The notes under the pieces: generated by a model
The model's input: only the letters and a program-made list of their open reading frames with translations
What the model was told of the DNA's origin: nothing
The model's database searches: none
Part shown: one piece after another, positions 42,985-51,000 of the stretch
Layout of the letters: the number at the start of each line of letters is the position of its first letter
How positions within the stretch are numbered: the first letter of the stretch is position 1
Made by a program: the position numbers and the translations under genes
Assembly (NCBI GenBank): GCA_021730935.1
Contig: JAKFYJ010000010.1
Coordinates: 6,500 to 70,499, forward strand
Direction: 5' to 3'
DNA: 64,000 nucleotides
Source of the DNA: Elusimicrobiota bacterium
Lineage (GTDB): Bacteria; Elusimicrobiota; Elusimicrobia; 2-02-FULL-39-32

Positions 42985-42994
42985 AAATGGAAAT
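42979..42994. repeat. Direct repeat, left copy (CAATAAAAATGGAAAT), includes the TAA stop of gene 1
   Basis: Exact 16-nt match to 43579-43594, exactly 600 nt away. The match extends to 19/20 identities from 42975. Confidence 0.9.
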
Positions 42995-43341
42995 CAGCTC
43001 AGGACAGAATGGAGCGCGGAGGTCACGAATGTCAGGGTTTGATTTGAAAGGGTTCCAAGTTTTTTGCGGATGAGCCTTTGGTCTATGGTCACAAGCTTTG
43101 ACAAGCGCACGATGGAAGGTTTGGGAAGGCCGGCGTCTTTCAAGTCTGCAGGCGAAAGGAAGAATTCGTCAAGCCCGATGTCTTTTGGGACCTGCGATGT
43201 CACGGCGGCCAAAATGATGTCGGGGCTTTTCCGGTTGAACCGGTCGTTTGAGACCACAAGTGCGGGCCTCATTTTGGTTGTCGTCAGGTCAGTGAAGGGG
43301 AAAGAAACGAGGACAACGTCGCCCCGTTTAAAGGGTGTCAT
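42994..43341 (-). CDS. Type II toxin, PemK/MazF family (115 aa)
   Basis: MTPFKRGDVVLVSFPF..KMRPALVVSND..ILAAVTSQ..SIVRLSKLVTIDQRLI..KLGTL matches the PemK/MazF layout (G.(I/V)..V.F....K.RP.(L/V)V(V/I)S ... (V/I)..(L/I)TS ... (V/I)..(D/K)Q(I/L).T(I/V)D). It overlaps the upstream small ORF by 14 nt. Confidence 0.85.
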   Translation of the reverse strand: MTPFKRGDVVLVSFPFTDLTTTKMRPALVVSNDRFNRKSPDIILAAVTSQVPKDIGLDEFFLSPADLKDAGLPKPSIVRLSKLVTIDQRLIRKKLGTLSNQTLTFVTSALHSVLS

Positions 43342-43510
43342 AAATCGAATCTTGGGGATTGTTCCAAAAAGAGAAACTTTTTTCCGCGGCTTTCAGACGG
43401 GCGAGATCATCGGCTTTCAGCCGAATCAGCTTGGGGAGATGGGCAAGAAATTTTCTCTGCTCTTCGGGCTTGAGCGAGCGGACGGCTTTTTCAACAGTTT
43501 TCAATGTCAT
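43328..43510 (-). CDS. Small antitoxin partner of the PemK/MazF toxin (60 aa from ATG 43510; the track uses TTG 43516)
   Basis: It sits directly upstream of the toxin and overlaps it by 14 nt. The sequence MTLKTVEKAVRSLKPEEQRKFLAHLPKLIRLKADDLARLKAAEKSFSFWNNPQDSIYDTL is a small helical protein typical of antitoxin positions. No family was recognised with certainty. Confidence 0.65.
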   Translation of the reverse strand: MTLKTVEKAVRSLKPEEQRKFLAHLPKLIRLKADDLARLKAAEKSFSFWNNPQDSIYDTL

Positions 43511-43516
43511 GTGCAA

Positions 43517-43545
43517 ATTCTATCAGGTTTCATTTCGATCTTCAA
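43517..43545 (-). promoter_or_regulatory. Putative sigma70-type promoter for the TA operon (near-leaderless)
   Basis: Read on the minus strand: TTGAAG (43545-43540), a 17-nt spacer, TAGAAT (43522-43517), then 6 nt (TTGCAC) and ATG at 43510. There is no Shine-Dalgarno sequence. Confidence 0.4.
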
Positions 43546-43578
43546 GAGCAGTCCGGCGCTGAACAGGGCTTGAGACAA

Positions 43579-43594
43579 CAATAAAAATGGAAAT
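43579..43594. repeat. Direct repeat, right copy (CAATAAAAATGGAAAT), includes the ATG of the response regulator
   Basis: Exact 16-nt match to 42979-42994. Confidence 0.9.
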
Positions 43595-43970
43595 ATTAAA
43601 AAAGAAAATTTTGGTTATCGACGACGAAAGCCCGATCGCGGACATGATCGCGGATTTCTGCCAGACCTATGGCTTTGAGACGCGGGTCCTGAACAGCGGG
43701 GAAAAAGCGGTGGAAGTGGCGAAAGCTTTCAGGCCGGACTTGATCACGCTGGACATCGTCATGCCTGAAAAATCCGGGCTCGAGGTGGCGGACCTCCTCA
43801 AAAACGACCCCGAGACCGTCAACATCCCCATCATCGTGATTTCGTCTTATACGAACGCCGTGGAAGCGGCCAAGTCGCTCCAGATCGCGCAGGCGGTTCT
43901 GCAGAAACCCGTGTCCCTCAAAATACTGGAAGAGAACATCGGGTCGGTCCTTTTGCCAAAAAAACCATAA
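43587..43970 (+). CDS. Stand-alone CheY-like response regulator receiver (127 aa)
   Basis: KILVIDDE (D12/D13), LITLDIVMPE (phospho-acceptor D56), IIVISSY (S86/S87), LQKP (K107). There is no output domain. Confidence 0.9.
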   Translation: MEILKKKILVIDDESPIADMIADFCQTYGFETRVLNSGEKAVEVAKAFRPDLITLDIVMPEKSGLEVADLLKNDPETVNIPIIVISSYTNAVEAAKSLQIAQAVLQKPVSLKILEENIGSVLLPKKP

Positions 43971-43998
43971 AATCGAGGATATGGCCCATTTGAAATTG

Positions 43999-44031
43999 TT
44001 ACAAAAAGTTTACAAAAAGTTTAGGAAAAGT
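43999..44031. repeat. Three tandem 11-bp units (TTACAAAAAGT x2, TTAGGAAAAGT) in an AT-rich intergenic region; putative promoter/UP or regulator-binding element
   Basis: Read directly from the sequence. The units are helically phased A-tracts 30-65 nt upstream of ATG 44063. TTTACA (44009-44014) and TATATT (44047-44052) are -35/-10-like hexamers, but their spacing is not canonical. Confidence 0.45.
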
Positions 44032-44062
44032 TTATCTTCTTCTGTTATATTTAAGTTATCCG

Positions 44063-44980
44063 ATGATTAAGACCTGGCTTAGGGTGTCCACCCTCCTGTG
44101 CTTCTTTTCATTTTCCGGTTTAAATAACGGCTTCACTTATTTTATAGTCTCCTCCGGCCAGGTCCAGCGCCTGGACGTCTCCCACGCATTGATCGAACGC
44201 CTCGCGGTCGCGGTCAACCCTGTCAGAGTCCAGTCCGAGTTCATTCATTTCGCGAAACATTTCTTCGTCTCAAAACCTGCCCGCGTGATCGAATTCGCGA
44301 GCCAGCGGGCCGTGCAGAATTTCATGCTCCAGTCCTCCGTCCTCCACACCTGGCTGGCCCTCTCCTGCGGCAAACTGATTTCTGTCCCCGCCGCGCCCTC
44401 AGCTCTGTCCGCCGAAAAACCTTCTTCCGCCGTCCAAGTTTCAAATGTTCCCGCGCGTTCCAACCCAACCGGAACCGCCATTGCCGCGATGAACGCCGGC
44501 CAGACTCATTCGCTCAATTCATTGCAGGAAACCCTCGAAGCGTCCCGCAAACAGGATCTCGTCCTCAAGCGCCAGAACGGCGGGGCTCATTCAGCCGAAG
44601 ACACTTTTTCCATGCATCGCCGCAAAAAATTCGAAGTCCCCGAACGCTCCGATTCCCGTTCCGCCTTCACGGCAGAAAAACTCCGAAAATGGCTCACTTC
44701 CTCTCTATCCAGAGGCGGAGGCGCCGCTCCCGAACCCTCGATTTCCGTTTCCGCCAATTCCACCCCAATCACTCTGTCAGCAAGCCAGGGTGATTTTCTT
44801 TTTATAAGATCAAAAATTTTGGCTGATTCTTTTTTCCGAAGACTGTATCGAGCAAAAGACTTCGCATACGCTTTTGCGAGATCCAAGCGAGCCCGCACTC
44901 GGCGAGCGTGTCTTCGTAAAAATGAGTCAGCCAAAATTTTTGATATCCATTTCGATCTGCGCGCGGAGACCATTTCATGA
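44063..44980 (+). CDS. Hypothetical protein (305 aa), hydrophobic N-terminus, basic C-terminus
   Basis: ORF with the same C-rich third-position bias as the giant genes. Its TGA stop overlaps the ATG of gene 2 (ATGA at 44977-44980). The N-terminus LRVSTLLCFFSFSGL is signal/anchor-like. I saw no clear RBS and recognised no family. Confidence 0.45.
   Translation: MIKTWLRVSTLLCFFSFSGLNNGFTYFIVSSGQVQRLDVSHALIERLAVAVNPVRVQSEFIHFAKHFFVSKPARVIEFASQRAVQNFMLQSSVLHTWLALSCGKLISVPAAPSALSAEKPSSAVQVSNVPARSNPTGTAIAAMNAGQTHSLNSLQETLEASRKQDLVLKRQNGGAHSAEDTFSMHRRKKFEVPERSDSRSAFTAEKLRKWLTSSLSRGGGAAPEPSISVSANSTPITLSASQGDFLFIRSKILADSFFRRLYRAKDFAYAFARSKRARTRRACLRKNESAKIFDIHFDLRAETIS
44965..44968 (+). promoter_or_regulatory. 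Shine-Dalgarno (GGAG) for giant gene 2
   Basis: GGAG lies 8 nt upstream of ATG 44977. Confidence 0.55.
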
Positions 44981-45087
44981 TCGGTTTCTGGGCGTCTAAA
45001 CTCAATCTTCACTGGCTGAAATCCACCGCGGCAGTCCTCGCCTGCGCGCTCCTCTTCTCTTTCATCGCCCCGCCCTTCGCCCAGGCC
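44977..45087 (+). other. Sec-type signal peptide of gene 2
   Basis: MIGFWASKLNLHWLKSTAAVLACALLFSFIAPPFAQA / GIWEDRR: a basic n-region, a hydrophobic core and an AQA cleavage-type site. Confidence 0.7.
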
Positions 45088-48000
45088 GGCATCTGGGAAG
45101 ACCGCAGAAAAGCGGTTGAGCAGATGAACCGCGACAAGGAAAAAACCCGCGACGCTTTCAAGCCCGCCCGCAGTGTCCCTTCTGCATCAACAGAGCCCAA
45201 GGTTTCAATCCCCGGGTTCGGAGACGGGTTCACGGTCCCCTCAGGCCTCGGCTCCGTGGTTGAATCGTGGGGGGGGACTCAGACTCTCGAAGCCAAGGCC
45301 AAGGGATATCCTCTCGTCATCCACATTCAGGACGCTCACGGGTTTTATGGCGCTCAGAAAAACGAAGCCGCCCTCCTGAAACATATTTCCGAATCTTCTT
45401 CACCGATCCTTGTTTCAGCTGAAGGCGCCTGGACGCCCGTGGACGCCCGCTGGCTTGAAGCGCTTCCGGACCCCGGCTTCCGAAGCGTTGCGGCCGAAAA
45501 TCTCCTGCGCTCAGGCGAGATCACAGGCGAACAATTTTTGGCGATCACCGAGGGCGCGGAAAAAATAAAAATCACGGGCGCGGAAGACGAACGGATTTAT
45601 AAAGCCAACCTGAAATCCCGCGAACTGCTTGAATCCGAGCGGCCCGCCATCCTTGCGAAACTGAACGAGTCCCTGAACCGGATCAACGAAACCAAGAAAA
45701 TCGTTTTCCAAGACAAGCTCCTTTCCCTGGACATCGCTTCCCGCCAGTTCGAAGCGCAAAAAATCACCCTCGCGGAATATCTGAAATTCGTTCAGTCCCG
45801 TTTTGCTCTGGACCCTGCGAAATATCCTTCGCTCCGCCAGCTTTCCGATTTGGCCGCGTCAGAAGATGCCCTGCCGATGTCCGCGGTGGAACAGGAACGC
45901 AAATCCGTTTTGGATTCTCTCTCAGACAAGCTCGACAAGATGACCCTGGCCCAGCTCGCCCAGACCAGCCTCAATTTCAGGACCGGGAAAATGCCCGCCT
46001 CCGTGTTTTATGACACCCTCATCAAACTGGCCCGCGTCAACAATATCCCAACCCCATCGCTCGACAAATATCTGGATTATCTCGCCCGCTCCGAGTCCCT
46101 TGACCCGCAAAAGGCGCTCGCGGAACTGAAATCTTTTGAGTCCGAAGCCATGCTCTCCCTCGCCGCAGGAAGGCCTGAACCGCAAAAGCTGATCATTGAG
46201 AGCCGCGGCATGCGTTCCCGCCTCAAATTCTGGGACGAGAAATTTTCGCCCGCAGACTGGGCGGAATATCAAAAAATGCAGTCAGAGAATTTCGCGGAAG
46301 GCGTTCCCGGAGGCAAACTGTCCGCCGCCCAGCTCAAGTTTTTGCAGGACGCTTATTATAAACTGGCCTTCAAGCGCGACCGCATCATGGTGGAAAAGAC
46401 TCTTTCAGCCGCGAATGAGCAAGCTTCTGTCGTCCTCGTCGCCGGAGGTTTCCACACGCCGGGCATCACCCACATCCTCCGCGAAATGGGCGTGCCGTTC
46501 ATTGTGATCCGTCCCAGCCTCAACAGCCCTGCGCCGGCGCAGACAGCCCGCAAACCGTTCACCAAAGCCGAATATTCAGCCTTCGCCCAAAAATATGCCG
46601 CCAACCTTGAAGCCCTCAGGTCCGGCAAAAATCCGGAATCCGACAAAACCATAGCCCAGGTCATCGACATCATTCAGAACCGCCTGTCGTTCTCCGAGCC
46701 CGTCGAAAAAGACGGCCAAACCCTGGTCTATGGAGCATTCCAGGGCGACCAGTCCCGGGTCTATTTCAAAATGTCCTATGACCGAACCATCGCCTCCGAA
46801 CCCCTCGCCTCCGCCGATTTCCAGGACGCCCTCAAGGCCTCCATGGGTTCTCTGCGCGCCTTGACGGTCCTTGCGGACCCCACAGATGTGCCCAAACTCG
46901 TGCGCACTATCCTTTACGCGACTCAACCCAATGAAATCAAGGGAGTCGTAGAAGACGAAATCCCTAAAGAACTTCAAAATCCTGGTGCAGACGAAATCGC
47001 CGAGCGGTTGAAATTAGCGGCGGCCGTTGCCCGCGCGAAAGGCGCCCAGACGCCAGCTCCGTCTCCTGCCCCGACGGACAATCAACCCGCCGCGAGTAAA
47101 AAATCCGGTTCGGCCACATTCAATCTCCCCAGAGCCTCTTCCTTCTTCCTTCCCCTGCTCCTGGTTTCAGGCGCGGCGCTTGCTGTTTATGGTGTCCAGC
47201 TTTTGTCGGGACTCCACCTCTCTCCAGAAATCGCGATGCATCTGCCTTCAATCCAGGGCAACTCCTCCGGAATTTGGGGCGCCGCGGCCGCTCTCCCGAC
47301 TCTGAGCGTCATGAAAGTTTTAGACATCTTCCTGGACCGTAAAAACAATCTTAGATCTGAGGCTAACCAGGAATTGCAAGACCGCGGTTATACAGTCGTT
47401 GAGTTTAGAGATGAAGGAGTGTCTCCATTCAGTCAGGCAGGGCAATACAAAGGACCATTGGCTGAATTGACAGAGAAAGCGCGTGTGGTTCCAAGCGAAG
47501 TTACGGCCAAACCGCTGAAGCATTTCGAAACGGGCAGGGATATTTCTGTGCGTTACAAAGGCGCGCAGGCCGTGATCGCCATGGTAAATGGATTGTCCGA
47601 ATGGATCATCGAACACTCAAACGGCAACGGCGCGATCCTGTATCGTGAAACTCCAGGCGGACTTGAAATCATAGCGCGAGATTTTGGCAGGCCGATAAGC
47701 AATTTAAGCAAACTTGACAGACTTCTGGAATTTGCCAGAGATGTCGCGTGCTCAGGGCGGGCGGGAACCTTCACGATCGAGTCGGGGGGCAAACACAATA
47801 AATACAACGGGATCGTCTGGAATCCGGAAATCTCCAAGAGTGAAGTGAAAAATGGCAGTTATATCGTCATTGATCTCAAGAGACAGGTTGTTGGCGGGGC
47901 AGTTGTCCACACGGGAACTCAAAAGCTCGATGAAAATCCTGTTTCATCTGACGCCACAGAAACTCCAACCGCTCAGGATTGGTACACTGCGTATGTGTCT

Positions 48001-51000
48001 GCAAAGGCCTTGCCGATGATACAGAATGGTAAGCATCAATTCTCCATGACCAGATTTGAAATAAATGCCGCCGCTCGGGATAATAATTTTGTTTTTAAAC
48101 CCACTCTCCTCGGTGACATCATAGCCAAACCCGCAACCATTGAAGTCAATGAATACACATTGACATTGAATCCAGAAGGACCAAATGTTCGGGTCATGAT
48201 CAAGCGGAACGATCAGAATTTTTCGCCTCCCAAAGCCCACAACCTTGTTCAGAATGTTGCCGCATCTGCCGCGGCTTTGTTCGTCGCCAAATCCGGATTG
48301 TTCCTCCTGGGTTGGGCGGCCTCCCCGATCCTGCTTTCGCTCGGATTCGCTTTGATGTCCGGCGGCGCCGTGATCGGAATGATCCTGGGGGGACAAGCTT
48401 TGGCCGTTGGCTTTATGAGAGCTCTTTCGTCCCTGGGAACGGCAAGCCCGGAAAGAGAAGCGGAGCTCCGTGAAAAACTCGCCGCTCGCGGTTTCGACAT
48501 AGACAAAATTAAATTCAAGGATTTGGGCCGCTTCACTTCTGCCCGGACCTCAGGCGGCAATCGCGTCGGGATCAGCCCCTGGCTGGCCTTCAAGTTTAAT
48601 AACAGACTGTTGGATGGGCTCATGACCCGCATCATCCTGCCCATGATCGTCGAGCATGAAGGGCTGAGGAACGATTTGTTCAGGAGGGGGTATGTCAGAT
48701 CCAACACCTTCATTGTTTATCTTGCCAAATCACTCAAATTTAATTCATTCACACCCAAATCAAACACTTCAAACGACATAACTCTCCAAACAGCTTCCAA
48801 CAAAACCCGTCTTTGGGAGTCCTTCGCACGGTCGGCCATTGTGCTTGTTCCCATGGGATTGGCACTGTTTTCATATCTAACCTCCGCCTCAGGCTTGATG
48901 ACCATCCCGCTCGTGACAGCGATCCTTAACGGATCCGGCAGTTTCATCGTGCCTTTGATGGCAAAAATTCCGTTCCTCAGCGGTGTGGCTGGAGGAGCTC
49001 CTGTCGCCGTCATTGGTCTCATGTTCACCTTGATTGTCTTTGAACTGTCCGGCCAAATGGTGGGGGAGATCTACCGTATTATTTTAAAACAAATGGGTTA
49101 TCGCACAGCAGGAATCGGCCTGACTTCCGGCAAAGATGAAGTCCTTCAGGCGCTCAAAGAGGATCACGGCCTTGATGATCAAACGCTTGAGACCTTGCGC
49201 GCTTTATCCCGAAGCGGGTTGACCCGGCTTTATGTCGCTCTCGAGCGTGAAAAGATTTCTCAACAGGGCGATCAAAAGGCCCTTGCAAACGCAAAACGGA
49301 AACAGATGCATGAGCAGGAACAGCAGAAATTCATGCAGAGCGCGCCGCTTCTGGTTCGCCCATTCTATTTTGGATTCAACAAAATTGTGCATCTGATCAA
49401 TGACCTCGTTGGAATTTTCCATTCCTTCGTGTTCCAGTTTTATATCGATTCGTTCTCGAGATATGCGCTGGGCCGGTCTTCCAAACTTTCGGACGAACAG
49501 AAAATTCATTTAAACAATTATGCCCGTTCATTGGCCGGCAGAATCACAGCTGACGGACGCGTAAACATCCCAGCATCATTAACCTCTTCCAATCTGTCTT
49601 TGAAAGCAGGTTATTCCTTCGGGAATATGATGAGATTTGTTCCCGGAGCATATCTTTGGCAATCCAATGTCTTTCTGCGCGGAACCATAAACCTCCTGAA
49701 AAAGCGATCCACCCTCTATATGATCAGCTCAGTTTTCGGCAAAGGTCTGTTGCCGCATATTCTTTCCCCGCCTGTGCTGGAAAGCTCAGCCCTTTATTTC
49801 GTTGCGGCGTTTCTCTTTTTCCGATTCCTTTACAGTGTTTATGAGTCCTTGAAAGCGCGGCAAACAGCCGGCTCTGACAAATCCATTCAAAGGCCCCGCA
49901 TCCTTTGGTCGAAATTGGCCTGGGCTCTCACGGTCGTCATGGTCAGCATTGTCGTCACCGGGGTTCTTTCTCCCGACGCCAGTTTCATTCAATCTCTCTT
50001 TGTTCAGTCTTCCGTCAACCCCGGCATCCATCAGTTTCTGGGCTCGAATTATTTGGAAGTCATCAATCCGGCAACGATAAAGCTTTTTGGATTAAACCTC
50101 CATTTCTCCTTCCAGGGGATCATCTCTCCGCTTCTCACAACTCTCGGCATAGGATTCACCGGATATCTCCGATCTGAAACGCTTCAGAGAGCGGCGTCAA
50201 ATGAACAATATCAGGGAACGCTGAGCGGATTTTCCGTCGAGCAGGTTGAAAATGCCATCGCGAATTTAAATAAACTTGAAAATAATGACGCGATTAAAAT
50301 TGCCAGAGCTTTGAAGCGCGACATTCTTGCCGGATATGTTCAGCGGGGCGGTTCTCACGTGAACGCCAGCGATTATGAGCGAGACAGACTCTTAAAGCTC
50401 CTTGAAACTGCGGTCGGAGAAAAAAATCTGTGGGATATTTCTGCTCCCAATCTGGCCGAAGTTCTGGTCGGGGGGGTCAAATCTCTGAGAACGTTGGGAC
50501 GAATTTCCACCCTTGACTCTCTTTCTCACGGCACATTTTCCATGTGGACCGTCACTCCGGAAATTCAGGCAGTTGTCTATGGAGCAGGACAAATTGATTC
50601 TGTGATAAATCACTTGCCGTTCGTGCATGGAGTTGAGACCCGCGCTGAACTGGATCTGATCAAGACAGCGGAAAGCTCAATGCGAAACTCACCCAATCCC
50701 CAACATTCCGCTTTGCAGGCGCTCCACAGCAATGTCGAGCTCGACAAAACAGCCGCTGAACGCATGATCAGCGCTGTGGAACATCTGCCCTCTGATGCCA
50801 AAGCGGACACGGTTGCCCAAGCCCTTCATGAAACGGCCTCCAAAGTTTCCTGGGTGACCGACACCGTCAACCTGGTGGAAAGCGATCAGCAGGGCGTCAT
50901 GAGTCTCGGAGATCAGTTCGGCAAATGGATTTATGCCGCGACGGGATTTGAATTCGGCGAGCAAAACCGGACCGCTGAACTCAGAACCATGTTCAACATC

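Noticed and set aside
42987-43073. 28-codon ORF (87 nt including its stop) starting at the ATG inside the left direct repeat (MEISSGQNGARRSRMSGFDLKGFQVFCG)
   Set aside because: It is most simply a by-product of the duplicated start-codon context. It lies antisense to the toxin 3' end and has no coding features.
42985-43600. Transposase, integrase or inverted terminal repeats that could explain mobility of the TA cassette
   Set aside because: None is visible. The 600 bp is fully accounted for by the two small genes plus a promoter region, and the cassette ends show no convincing inverted repeat.
44130-44400. Minus-strand frame giving protein-like text (..GVEDGGLEHEILHGPLAREFDHAGRF*DEEMFREMNELGLDSDRVDRDREAFDQCVGDVQALDLAGGDYKISEAVI) interrupted by TGA; considered as a pseudogene or a TGA-recoded gene
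   Set aside because: The upstream part has no start codon and is closed by a further in-frame TGA. TGA is absent from more than 20,000 sense codons of the giant genes and is used as a stop by the toxin, so recoding is unsupported. The + strand ORF here has the better codon bias.
47593-47800. GHKL/anti-sigma-factor-kinase-like ATPase motif in gene 2 (LSEWIIEHSNGNGAILYRETPGGLEIIARDFGRPIS..GRAGTFTIE)
   Set aside because: The layout is only vaguely N-box/G1-box-like. The key Asn and the DxGxG glycines are not in place, so I cannot support it from sequence alone.
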